A stretch of 64,000 bases of DNA, taken from an uncultured Acidobacteriota bacterium (lineage in GTDB: Bacteria > Acidobacteriota > Thermoanaerobaculia > UBA5066 > Gp7-AA6). Below, in pieces: positions 47,341 through 57,110 of this stretch. The translations under genes were made by a program, and so were the position numbers. The number at the start of each line of letters is the position of its first letter. The stretch's first letter is position 1. The DNA lies in assembly GCA_963708395.1 (NCBI GenBank), contig CAVPSG010000002.1:1167-65166 (forward strand). Reading direction: 5' to 3'. Under the pieces are notes generated by a model that did no database searches, was not told the origin of the DNA, and was given only the letters and a program-made list of their open reading frames with translations.

Positions 47341-48018
47341 ATGCGGAAATTCACCGGAATGCAACTCGTCCTGAGCCTGCTGCTCCTGTTGACCTCGTCC
47401 GCCGCGTGGGCGAAGGCGAGCAAGGCCGAAGCACAGGAGGAAGTCTCCAACGCGGGGTTGACGCTCGACAATTTCGTGGCCGACCCGGACATGAACTGGT
47501 TCCGTGAGCACTCCAAAGAGGCCAAAGGCCTCTTCGTCTGCCACCAGATCGTGAAGGCCGGGTTCATCATCGGCGGGTCCGGCGGCCGGTGCGTCCTGGT
47601 CGTGAAGACCGAGAAGGCGTGGAACGGCCCCGCCTTCTACACGATCGGAACCGCGAGCGCCGGATTCCAGGCCGGCGTTCAGGACTCGGAAGTCGTCGGG
47701 CTCGTCATGACGCAGAAGGCCATCGACTCGTTGATGTCGAAGTCCTTCAAACTGGGCGCCGACGCGAGTGTCGCGGTCGGGCCCGTGGGCGTCGGCGCCG
47801 CCACGACTCCGAAGGCCGACGTCGTCTTCTACAGCCGCTCGAAGGGAGCCTACGGAGGCGTGGACATCTCGGGCGCCGTGATCAAGCCGAGCGAGGACTA
47901 CAACAAGGCGTACTACGGCAAGGCCGTGTCGCCGATCGACATCATCGTCCGGGGCAGCGTCCATCCGAAGCCCGCGCCCGAGCTGACGGCGAAGGTGACG
48001 AAGCTGTACGGAAAGTAG
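47341..48018 (+). CDS. Exported SYLF/Ysc84 lipid-binding domain protein
   Basis: GAGGAGG SD. Motifs KAGFIIGGSGG, SAGFQAG, KLGADASVAVGPVG and YSRSKGAYGGV. Confidence 0.92.
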   Translation: MRKFTGMQLVLSLLLLLTSSAAWAKASKAEAQEEVSNAGLTLDNFVADPDMNWFREHSKEAKGLFVCHQIVKAGFIIGGSGGRCVLVVKTEKAWNGPAFYTIGTASAGFQAGVQDSEVVGLVMTQKAIDSLMSKSFKLGADASVAVGPVGVGAATTPKADVVFYSRSKGAYGGVDISGAVIKPSEDYNKAYYGKAVSPIDIIVRGSVHPKPAPELTAKVTKLYGK

Positions 48019-48037
48019 CGGAGCAGGCCGCCTTCTG

Positions 48038-48076
48038 CCCTCTCCCCCGGTCCACTGGGGGAGAGGGTCAGGGTGA
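48038..48076. repeat. CCCTCTCCC…GGGAGAGGG hairpin repeat (REP-like, may act as a terminator)
   Basis: ccctctcccccggtccactgggggagagggtcagggtga between convergent genes. It contains the stop of the minus-strand gene. Confidence 0.7.
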
Positions 48077-48760
48077 CGCGAGCCGCGGCATCATCGCCCG
48101 TCCGCGATCTACGAGCGCCGCCGCGACAGCGATCCCCGCGTACGCCGCCAGCGCGGTGGCGGCAAAGGCGGCCGGGCTCTTCGGGTCCGGCTGGAACGGC
48201 GTGATGATGGTCATCGCCACGAGAAAGATCGCAAAGGCGATCGTCCCGATCCGCGCGAACCGGCTCTTCGGCCGCGACGCCCGCAGATAGATCCACCCGC
48301 CGGCGACGAGCACCGCGAGCTCCGCCAGAACCGCCGCGAAGCGATGGTTCCAGAGGCCGAGCCCGATCTTCGGCGCTCCGGCGCCCGGCCACAGCGGCAT
48401 GTCGGCCGTGTGCATCGGCACGTCGAGCACGAAGTGCGAGAAGACGGCGCCGCCGAGCACGAGCGCGCCGACGCGCCGCTCCCCCGCCGGCACGCGTCGC
48501 GCGGCCATCCACCAGATCCACCCGACGAGCGCCGACCAGAACAGGGCGCCGACGAAGCTGTGCGTGTACGGCATCCAGTAGAGGTCGTACGGGTTGTACG
48601 GCGTGAATCCGTGAACGATACGAAGCTTTTCGATCCCGCAGAGGACGAACGCGGCGAACAGGACGTCGAGGAACTGGACGGCCAGAAAGAGCAATCCCAA
48701 AGGCAATTTCAGGCTCGCCCGCTTGCCGGCGAGCGCGACGCCGTAGTGCCCGACGAACAT
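48068..48760 (-). CDS. Membrane protein, YdjM-like putative metal-dependent hydrolase
   Basis: MFVGHY, QFLDV, PYTHS, SHFVLD and H..D motifs. Confidence 0.7.
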   Translation of the reverse strand: MFVGHYGVALAGKRASLKLPLGLLFLAVQFLDVLFAAFVLCGIEKLRIVHGFTPYNPYDLYWMPYTHSFVGALFWSALVGWIWWMAARRVPAGERRVGALVLGGAVFSHFVLDVPMHTADMPLWPGAGAPKIGLGLWNHRFAAVLAELAVLVAGGWIYLRASRPKSRFARIGTIAFAIFLVAMTIITPFQPDPKSPAAFAATALAAYAGIAVAAALVDRGRAMMPRLASP

Positions 48761-48764
48761 CCGA

Positions 48765-50294
48765 TCATCCCTCCCCGAGGCGAATTCCGATCCCCATCTC
48801 GATCCAGTCGAACTCCTCCTCGAGCCGATGAAACGCGTCGTCGCCGATGTCGTCCTGCGCGCGCATCTCGAAGACGACGCGCCGTGCCACGCCGAGAGCC
48901 TGCAACTCCCCTGCCGACGGATCCGCCGACGTCCGGCGATTCAGCCGCGCATCGAACGCCTGGCGCAGCGCGCGCGCGGCGGCCGACCCCTCCTCGCCGA
49001 GCGCCGCGTAGGCGGCCTCCAGCGCTCGCCGGCGCGCGGCCTCGACCTCCCGCCCAACGGGGTCGTCCTCCGGCAGATCGATCCGCATCATCAGCGGCCG
49101 CAGCGTCAGCCCCTGCACCACGAGCGTCCCGAGCACGACCGCGAACGCCGTCAGTAAGACGAGGCCGCGATACGGAAACTCGGCGGGCAGCGCGAGCGCC
49201 GCGGCGAGCGAGACGATGCCGCGCATGCCGGCCCACGAGATGACGAGGCCGCTCCCGACGGTCGGCGGCGAGGTCGGACGCGGCGGATGGAATCCGACCT
49301 GCCGGATCCGCCAGCGCAAGATCGTGTTGTGGGTCATCACCCACGCGATCCGCACGACGATCACGGTCGCGACGACCGCCGCGGCGACGAGGAGGTACCG
49401 CGCGCGGACATCCGGCGTCAGGCTCTCCAGGATCGGGCGCAACTGCAAGCCGATGAAAACGAACGCGAGGACGTTCAGCACGAAAACCGCCGACTCCCAG
49501 ACCGCGTAGGACGGGATGCGGATCCGCGCCGGCGTGGTCGCCGGAGCCCGACGCGCGACCGACATCGCGAAAGTCACCATCGTGAGGACGCTCGACAGGC
49601 CGAGCCGATCCGCGAGGATCCAGACGCCGAAGCAGCCGACGAACTGCACGATGATCGCGGTCGGCACGTCGCAGATCGTCCGCGTCACCCACAGCATCAC
49701 CCACGCGAGCGCCACGCCGACCGCGAAGCTCCCGATCACGACGAGTCCGAGCGTCGGCGCAACCGACTCGGCCGCAAACGCGCGCACCGTCAGCGCGCCG
49801 AGGGCCAGACGGTAGATCAGGAGGGCGCTCGCGTCGTTGAGCAGGCTCTCGCCCTCGAGGATCTTCAGGATCCGATACGGCGGCCGGAGCGAGCGCAGCA
49901 CCGCGGTGGCCGCGGCGGCGTCGGGCGGCGAGACGATGGCTCCGAGCGCGACGGCCGCCGGCCAGGGAATCGCCGGCACGAGCGCGCGCACGACGGCCGC
50001 GACCGCGACCGTCGTCAGGACCACGCACACGACCGAGAGGCTCACGACCGCGACCCAGTTATCCCGGAGATCCCGGAGCGATGTGTCGTAGGCGGCATCG
50101 AGCAGCACCGGCGCGACGAAGAGCGCGAGCGCCATCTCCGGGTCGATCGTGAATCGCGGCGCGCCCGGGATGAGCGCGAGGGCCGCTCCGCCGAGCGCCA
50201 GGAACGCCGGATAGGGTGCGCCGAGCCGGCGCGCCGCGGCGGCGAGGAGGACCGCGATCAGCAGGACGCCGAGGAGAGAAGCGAAGCCCGACAT
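48765..50294 (-). CDS. CPA1 family Na+/H+ antiporter
   Basis: FVAPVLLDAA, GAIVSPPDAAA, LEGESLLNDASAL and SWAGMRGIVSLAAALALP. Confidence 0.93.
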   Translation of the reverse strand: MSGFASLLGVLLIAVLLAAAARRLGAPYPAFLALGGAALALIPGAPRFTIDPEMALALFVAPVLLDAAYDTSLRDLRDNWVAVVSLSVVCVVLTTVAVAAVVRALVPAIPWPAAVALGAIVSPPDAAAATAVLRSLRPPYRILKILEGESLLNDASALLIYRLALGALTVRAFAAESVAPTLGLVVIGSFAVGVALAWVMLWVTRTICDVPTAIIVQFVGCFGVWILADRLGLSSVLTMVTFAMSVARRAPATTPARIRIPSYAVWESAVFVLNVLAFVFIGLQLRPILESLTPDVRARYLLVAAAVVATVIVVRIAWVMTHNTILRWRIRQVGFHPPRPTSPPTVGSGLVISWAGMRGIVSLAAALALPAEFPYRGLVLLTAFAVVLGTLVVQGLTLRPLMMRIDLPEDDPVGREVEAARRRALEAAYAALGEEGSAAARALRQAFDARLNRRTSADPSAGELQALGVARRVVFEMRAQDDIGDDAFHRLEEEFDWIEMGIGIRLGEG

Positions 50295-50407
50295 CGGGGC
50301 GATTATGACAAGGGCTCTCTCCAGTGGTCCTCTTGGATTCGACGGAAGTGGACCTTGCCGCCACCCCTCCGCCGGACGAGACTCGAGAGCCGACGGAGGT
50401 TCTTGCG

Positions 50408-50998
50408 ATGCGCACTCGATCGTCCGCTCTCCTCGCCGCCATGCTCCTCGCCTCGGGCGCCGCGCCGCTGCGCTCCGCTCCCGAGACGACCCCGCCGCCC
50501 AGGCCGACGCCCGCGATGACGCCACTGCGCGATGGGCAGCGCGACTTCGACTTCCTCCTCGGCAAGTGGAAGTACCACCTGAAGCGGCTGCAGAATCCGC
50601 TGACGGGCTCGACCACCTGGATCGAGTTCGACGGCGTCGGCGACTGCCGCCCCCTCTGGAACGGCAACGCGCAGATCGACGAGTTCGACGTGAACGGCCC
50701 GACGGGTCACATCCTCGGGCTGACGCTGCGCCTCTACAACCCGAGCTCCCGCCAATGGAACCTGAACTGGGTCAACGCCGCCAAGGGCACGCTCGATATC
50801 CCGACGATCGGCTCCTTCAGGGACGGCAAGGGCGAGTTCTACGACCAGGAGTCGTGGAACGGCCGGACGATCCTCGTCCGCTACGAGTGGACGCGCACGA
50901 CGACGAGCTCGCCGCACTTCGAGCAGTCGTTCTCCGACGACGGCGGCAAGACCTGGGAGGTCAACTGGATCACCGACCAGGTGCGGGTGAAGGAGTAA
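50408..50998 (+). CDS. Exported conserved hypothetical protein (DUF1579-like)
   Basis: Signal peptide, DFDFLLGKW, and HFEQSFSDDGGKTWEVNW. Confidence 0.75.
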   Translation: MRTRSSALLAAMLLASGAAPLRSAPETTPPPRPTPAMTPLRDGQRDFDFLLGKWKYHLKRLQNPLTGSTTWIEFDGVGDCRPLWNGNAQIDEFDVNGPTGHILGLTLRLYNPSSRQWNLNWVNAAKGTLDIPTIGSFRDGKGEFYDQESWNGRTILVRYEWTRTTTSSPHFEQSFSDDGGKTWEVNWITDQVRVKE

Positions 50999-51023
50999 GA
51001 GACTCGGACGAGCGGCCGGCGGC

Positions 51024-54000
51024 CTACTTCCAGTCGCCGGCGAGCTGAAAGCCCGCCCAGGCGCCGGGGTGCGCGAAGTCCCGGGAGCGGATCGCTTGGA
51101 TTTGCGCCAGGCGCAGGGACTCGTCCTTGGTGTTTCCGGCTTTCAGGTAGCCGTAGAAGCTCTTCATCAGCCGCGCGGTCGATTCGTCCTCGACCTTCCA
51201 GAGCGATGCGAGGACGGAGCGCGCGCCGGCGTACTGAAAGGCGCGCGTCAGACCGATCAGGCCTTCCCCGCCCATCTCCTTGCCGAGACCCGAGTCGCAT
51301 GCGGAAAGAGTCACGAGGTCCGCGTCGATGCGGACGGTCTCGAAGATCTCCCAGACCTGGAGCAGCCCGTTTTCCTGACCCGGTCGCGGCCTCTCCGGAA
51401 TCGTGAACACGAGGGCCGAATCGAGCGGGAACCGCTCGTTGACGTACGCGTGACAGGCGTAGTGAATGAGCGGGACGTCCTTTCCGACCGATCGGGCGCG
51501 CTCTTCCGTCGCTTCGGCGCCGACGTACGATTCCGAACGCGGCGCGTAGAGGGCCGCGATCGCCTCCACCTCCTGACGGGAGCGCGGGAGCGGCTCGAAC
51601 CGGTGGCGGCCGCCCCGGAGGACCGCGGCGACCTCGGCGTCGCCGGCGGTCTCAACGTCCGCCTCCGGATCCTCCGCGCCGCCGCCTCTCGTCGCGGCCG
51701 GCTCCCCTTCGTGCCGGACCGGATACCGAGGATCTCCGAACGCCTTCACCTGGACCGCGGGAATCGCCCGCGCGCCCTTTCGAGAGCCCCGCAGCTCCGC
51801 ATAGACAGTGGCGGAAGCCGCCGTGTGAATGGACTTGCTCTCGACGAGGTACTGCGGCCGCTCCGACTTCGCGTCGCGGACGAGCGCGGCCCACGGAAGC
51901 GTGTGCAAGGGACCGTCGGGAACATCAGGAGCCGGTCGTTCTTCGCGATCAGCGCGGCGGCCGGGCCGAGCAGCGTTTCCGCGAGTGACCGGCCGCGGTC
52001 GAGTACGTCGCGAGGCGATCCGTTGCGTTCGAGCAGCCGCCGAAACGCTTCGACCGACTCGCGCAGCGGCGCCTCGCCCACCGGCAGAGTGAAGACGGAC
52101 AGGGCCCGCGAATCGGCGGCGGAGGAGACGGCGAAGAGAATCGTCCGGTCCCGGCCGACCGCATAAGAAAGGAGAAGGGTGCCCGGATCGAGCGCCTCGC
52201 GCGCCGCCGCCGCATCGCTCGGTTTCGGGTAACGCAGCGCGGCGTATTTCGGAGAAGCCCTCCGAATCCTCTCGGACACCTCCTCCTGCCGGCGCCGCAC
52301 GTCGGCGAGCCGCGCCAGGGCCTCCTCGATTTTCGGGCCGTCCTCCCGGGGACGAAGCTCCCGGATGCCGGCCTGCGTTCGCTCGTACTCCGCTCCGAGC
52401 AGCCGGCGCTCGCGATCGAGGTCGGGCGAAATTTCCCGAGGGGCGGCCAGATCGCGCTCGGCGAGCTTTCGGAGAAATGCGCCCGCGCGGAAGCGCTCGA
52501 GGACGAGGAAGGCATCCTCCTCCCGGCGCCGCTCCACGAGGAGATTCAGATAGTCCTTGTAGAAGTCGGAGAAGGACGCGGCAAAGATCGTCCGGGTTTC
52601 CTCCACGCCGCCGAGCGTCGCCAGCTGGGCCTCCAGGTCGTCGAGCGCGGACCGCAGCTCGACCTCGGCCTCCTCCAGCCGGCCTGTCTTCCAGAGAAGC
52701 AAGCCGAGGTTGTGGCTCGACTCGGCGGTCTCGCGGCTCTGCGGCGCGTATCTCTGGCGAATCGCGAGGACGCGGCGGAACTCGCGCTCGGCCTCCGCCG
52801 TCTCACCGAGCTGCATGAGAACGCGTCCGAGGTCATTCGACGCGAACGTGACCCATGCGCCGTCGGGCGTGAGGCCCTGAAAGAACTCGACGGCCTGTCG
52901 AAGGCGCGACGCGGCTCCCGGAAGGTCGCCGCGCAGCTCCGTGAGCTGCGCCTCCACCACGCCCGCCATGCCCGGATAAGGCGAGCCCGGCGGCAGCGCG
53001 ACCTTCTGGACCTCGCGAGAACGCCGCAGAAACTCCTCGGCCGCGCCCAGGTTCCCGCGCCGCATCTCCACGAGCGCGAGCTCGTACAGGTTCCACCCGG
53101 TCCCGCGGCTCACGGGCGCCGTCTTCTCCCGAATGGCGAGCGCCTGCCGGAAGAGCTCGCCGGCGCGGTCGAGGTCGCCGCGCTTGCGCGCCACGGTCGC
53201 GAGATTGTGAAGCGCGATCGCGGCGCCCGGCTCGTTCGGGCCGAGCCGGTTCCAGAGAGCGAGAGAACGATCGCAGGCCGCCTGCGCCGAAGCGAGGTCT
53301 CCCGTGTTGAGGTCGATCGCACACAGCGCGCTCAACGTCGTTGCGACCGTCCGGCTGCCGGGATCGAGCTTCTCGTGAATCGCGAGGGCTCGCTGCTGGA
53401 GGTTCCGGCCGGTGCGTAAGTCTCCCCGCTCGCTGTAGGCGCGGGCGAGCGCGCCCAGGCTCGCGGCTTCGACGCCGCTTCCTGGCGCCAGGCGCTCGCG
53501 AATTTCGAGCGCCCGCCGCGCCGCGGGCTCGTATTCGGGATCGAGGTACTCCGTCACGCGCGCGAGATCGAAGAGCGCCTGCGCCGCGGCCAGGCTGTCC
53601 GGGTCGAGCCGCTGACGGATCGCAAGAGCGTCTCGCATCGCCTTCTGCGCGTCCGCGGGCCGCGGAGCGTTCCAGAGGAAATCGCCGCGCTCTCCCAGAA
53701 GGTGCGCTTCGACATCGGCCCGGCCGGCCGCGCGGGCCTCGGCCGCCGCTTCCTCAAAGGACGAGAGCGCGGCGTCGATCTGCTTGCCCTCGGCCTGCAT
53801 CCGGCCGACGCGGCTCCAGACCCAGGCAGCCTCGACACGGCCGCCCGAGGAAGACAGAGCGGACGCGAGACGGCGCCAGGCGTCGAGTCCCCCCGGAAGG
53901 TCGCCCTGCTCGATGCGCCGCCGCCCGTCTTCCCAGAGATCGAGCCTCGCGCCGGCGAATCGCGGCCGCGTTTCGAGCCGCCAGGGATACGGCGCGATCG

Positions 54001-54310
54001 ACGCCGAGAGGCGCTTGCCGCCGCGAACGAACGCGAGCGTGAGCGTCTTCGCCCGCGGCGCCTGGTCGATGAAGACCTCCGGCACGTCGAAGGGCGAGCG
54101 AAAGACGCCGCGCGCCGCCCTCGGATTCGCCGGCGGATTCGCCCCGCGCGACCACGAGACGAGGACGTCGCCGGGCTGGAGTCCGGCCTTCTCGGCTTCG
54201 AAGCCCGGAGTCGCCTTCTCGACGACGATGCCCGGCCCCGCGCCGGGGGGAGCGGCCAGACCGAGGCTCATCCGCAGGGCGACGAAAATGCCGAGGAGTT
54301 CGACGCCCAT
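51024..54310 (-). CDS. PDZ-TPR-CHAT (caspase-like) protease; frameshift at ~51925
   Basis: Hydrophobic N-terminus, GIVVEK…AEKAGLQPGDVL (PDZ-like), TPR repeats, and a CHAT domain with PDGPLHTLPW, IHYACH, LVTLSACDSG and HPGAWAGFQLAG. Confidence 0.92.
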
Positions 54311-54316
54311 CGCCGC

Positions 54317-54922
54317 CTATCGCCCCGGGAGCGCGAGGGGCGCGCTCTTCGCGACAACCTGCCCCAGGGCGTCGCGCGCCGCGACGCCGATCGAATAGCT
54401 CCTTCCCTCCGGCGCCGGCGGGAACGAGCCGGCCTCGATGGTCCGATGCGGCTCCGGCGTCTCAGTCTTCCAGACGAGCGCGCCGTCGGAGGAGACGATC
54501 TCGATCTCGTACGACGCCGCGTCGGGTTGCGGCTGCCAGCGGATCTCGACGGACCCCCGTGCGCCGGGCGCGACCGCGACCTCGAGACCGGCCGCCGCGC
54601 CGCGGACGACGCGCCCGGACGGGACGATCGATGGACGGCGCGCGACCTGCCAGACACCGGCCGCCAGCAGGGCAATCGCGGCCGCCGCGGCGAACGGAAG
54701 CCAGGCACGGCTCGGCCGCGGGGCCGCGGAAGCCAGCGCGACGGCAGGCCTTCCAAACGTCGCCCGGAGCTTGCCGCCGGCCTGGACGTCCTCCCAGCAT
54801 TCGCGGCATCCGAGATAGTGCAGCTCGAAGGCCTGCGCCACGTCCTCCGGAAGCTTCCCCGCGAGGTAGAGCGGCGCCAGGTCCTGCTCCCCGGCGCTCC
54901 GGCAGTCGATCACGGTTCTCAT
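54317..54922 (-). CDS. zf-HC2 anti-sigma factor with TM helix and extracytoplasmic domain
   Basis: HYLGCREC zinc motif and TM WLPFAAAAAIALLAAGVW. It lies directly downstream of the ECF gene. Confidence 0.85.
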   Translation of the reverse strand: MRTVIDCRSAGEQDLAPLYLAGKLPEDVAQAFELHYLGCRECWEDVQAGGKLRATFGRPAVALASAAPRPSRAWLPFAAAAAIALLAAGVWQVARRPSIVPSGRVVRGAAAGLEVAVAPGARGSVEIRWQPQPDAASYEIEIVSSDGALVWKTETPEPHRTIEAGSFPPAPEGRSYSIGVAARDALGQVVAKSAPLALPGR

Positions 54923-54930
54923 GGGATCTT

Positions 54931-55497
54931 TCAAGATTCCCGGTCCCCGGCCTTCGTTACACCGAGCGCGTCCGCAAGGCGGCGGATCGCGCGATGCCGG
55001 CGCACCCGGACCGCGCCTGCGGTCATCCCGAGGCGCCGCGCGATCTCCTCCGAAGAAAGCTCCTCTCGATAACTCAATTCGATGATTTGGCGATCCGCCG
55101 GCTCGAGCCGTCCAAGAGCCTCTCGAATGCCCGATTGCTCCTCGGCCGATATGAGCGCACGGAGCGGGCTCTCGTCAACCGCTCCGCCGTCGGCGCCCAG
55201 GCGGCGCAGCGCCCTCTGCTCGCGGACCGCCGAACGAGCGCGGTGCAGGCAGATGTGCTCCGCAGTCCGGAAGAGAAAACCGGGCAACCCCGCGGAATCC
55301 TCGATGCGTCCGTCGCGGATCGCCTCGAGCGCCAGCCGGACGGCCTCCTGTGCGACGTCCTCCGCCGCCGTCCAATCGGCGAGGCGCCGCGCGGCGAAAA
55401 GGCGCAGACGGTTCTGAAGACCCTCCAGCTCCTCGGGTCTCGGAGCGTTCTGCTCACCCGACGGGCCGCCGGGAGACGTGTAACGCCCGGTCTGCAT
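54931..55497 (-). CDS. ECF RNA polymerase sigma factor
   Basis: AEDVAQEA, LPGFLFRTA and YREELSSEEIARRLGMTAGAVRVRRHRAIRRL. Confidence 0.92.
   Translation of the reverse strand: MQTGRYTSPGGPSGEQNAPRPEELEGLQNRLRLFAARRLADWTAAEDVAQEAVRLALEAIRDGRIEDSAGLPGFLFRTAEHICLHRARSAVREQRALRRLGADGGAVDESPLRALISAEEQSGIREALGRLEPADRQIIELSYREELSSEEIARRLGMTAGAVRVRRHRAIRRLADALGVTKAGDRES
54936..54961 (-). promoter_or_regulatory. Candidate ECF promoter TGTAAC-N14-GGGAAT, driving anti-sigma and CHAT
   Basis: TGTAACgaaggccggggaccGGGAAT, inside the last codons of the ECF gene. Confidence 0.55.
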
Positions 55498-55504
55498 CGG
55501 GAAT
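55479..55504 (+). promoter_or_regulatory. Candidate ECF promoter TGTAAC-N14-GGGAAT, driving the SLH operon
   Basis: TGTAACgcccggtctgcatcGGGAAT, 47 nt upstream of the first SLH gene. Confidence 0.55.
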
Positions 55505-55551
55505 TGGATGTTACAGCACCGAAACCTCGAAGGACTGCGGAGGAAAGAGCG

Positions 55552-56331
55552 ATGCGCTGCTTCTTGCGAGTCTCGAATCTGCTCTTTGGCGTTTTCGCGA
55601 CCGCCCCACATCTTCTCGCCGGCGATTTCCCGACGACGCCTTCCCAGCCCAACTACGGCACATCAGCTCCCAACGTTTTGACCATCAGCGCCCCTGGCTT
55701 CACACCCTGGTCGAGCGATGACGGCTATGTGACCTACACGGTCGGGAGTCGGCGGCCGACGAGCGGCACCGGCGCGTTCGTCGCGCCCGTATCGCTGCCA
55801 TCCGGCGCGCTCGTCAAAGACCTCGTCCTGATCGGATGCGACGAGAGCACCAGCGGCCGGATCTCGGCTGCTCTCTGGGTGGGCCGCGTGAGCAACCTTG
55901 ACGACGGGAATGAGCTCCTGCGTGTCGACACGAACTACTCCGGGGCCCCCGGGTGCTCCGGATTCCCGGTGGCCGCATCCGTTCCGATCACCATCGACAA
56001 CGACAACGAGACCTACTGGGTCATCGTCTGGATGGACGCGTTCGCGCCGAGCCTCCGGTTCCAGGGGGTCCGCCTTCACTACAAGCTCCAGATGTCGCCG
56101 CCGCCGGCGGTCGCGACGTTCGGCGACGTGCCGAAGAACCACCCGTACTTTCGGGCCGTGGAAGCCCTCGCGGCATCCGGCATCACGGGTGGATGCGGGA
56201 ACGGCAACTTCTGCCCGGACCTGCCCGTCACGCGTGGCGCGCTCGCGAAGTTCCTCGCCAACGCGCTCGGCCTCCATTGGGGGGTCGCCGAGCCCGCGGC
56301 TTCGGCGTCCGAAGCGAAGGAGAGGCCGTGA
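55552..56331 (+). CDS. Exported protein with C-terminal S-layer homology (SLH) domain, paralog 1
   Basis: GGAGG SD. The C-terminus reads TFGDVPKNHPYFRAVEALAASGITGGCGNGNFCPDLPVTRGALAKFL. Confidence 0.88.
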   Translation: MRCFLRVSNLLFGVFATAPHLLAGDFPTTPSQPNYGTSAPNVLTISAPGFTPWSSDDGYVTYTVGSRRPTSGTGAFVAPVSLPSGALVKDLVLIGCDESTSGRISAALWVGRVSNLDDGNELLRVDTNYSGAPGCSGFPVAASVPITIDNDNETYWVIVWMDAFAPSLRFQGVRLHYKLQMSPPPAVATFGDVPKNHPYFRAVEALAASGITGGCGNGNFCPDLPVTRGALAKFLANALGLHWGVAEPAASASEAKERP

Positions 56332-57067
56332 CGCACGGCCGAAGGGTTCGGCGACGGCTGCTCTCGGTCGCCGCCTTCTGGGCGGCCGCGCCCCTTCTCG
56401 CCGGCGACTCGCCGCCGAGGCTCTTCCATCCGACTTCCGGCGCGTCGGCTCTGAACGTTCTCAGCATCAACGCCTCGGCGTTCGAACCGTTGAGGAGCGA
56501 CGACGGGTTTGCGGTGAGCGCGCTCGGCAGCCGGTGGGCGATGAGCGGGACCGGGACGTTCGAGGCATCGGTCTCGCTGCCTTCGGGCGCGCTCGTCCGA
56601 TACCTCTACCTGATCGGGTGCGACAACAACACCAACGGCCAGATGACCGCCGCGTTGAATCGGAGCTCCGTCGACGGCGACGCCGAGATCGTGACGGAGC
56701 TTCTTCGGGTCGCCACCGACAACGACACCGCGCCCGGCTGCTACGCCTTCCCCTCCGACGCACCGGCGCCGATCACGATCGACAACCGCCTCGGGACATA
56801 TTCGATTCAGGTGCGGATGAACGCGTTCGCCGCGAACCTCCGGTTCCAGGGCATTCAAATCCTCTACACCCTCCAGATGTCACCGCCGCCGGCCGTCGCC
56901 ACCTTCGGCGACGTGCCGAAGAACCACCCATACTTCCGGGCCGTCGAAGCTCTGGCCGCCTCCGGCATCACGGGTGGATGCGGGAACGGCAACTTCTGCC
57001 CGGACCTGCCCGTCACGCGCGGCGCGCTCGCGAAGTTCCTCGCCAACGCGCTCGGCCTCAATTGGGG
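56086..57067 (+). repeat. ~197-bp direct repeat pair (56086-56283 and 56871-57067) encoding the SLH modules
   Basis: Near-identical DNA. The proteins are identical from LQMSPPPAV to NALGL. Confidence 0.9.
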
Positions 57068-57110
57068 AACCGCCGACAACGTCGCTCCGGCGATGGACGA
57101 AAAGAGGTGA
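56328..57110 (+). CDS. Exported SLH-domain protein, paralog 2
   Basis: GTG start overlapping the previous stop (GTGA). It has the same SLH sequence and a homologous ASVSLPSGALV…LIGCD core. Confidence 0.88.
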   Translation: MTHGRRVRRRLLSVAAFWAAAPLLAGDSPPRLFHPTSGASALNVLSINASAFEPLRSDDGFAVSALGSRWAMSGTGTFEASVSLPSGALVRYLYLIGCDNNTNGQMTAALNRSSVDGDAEIVTELLRVATDNDTAPGCYAFPSDAPAPITIDNRLGTYSIQVRMNAFAANLRFQGIQILYTLQMSPPPAVATFGDVPKNHPYFRAVEALAASGITGGCGNGNFCPDLPVTRGALAKFLANALGLNWGTADNVAPAMDEKR

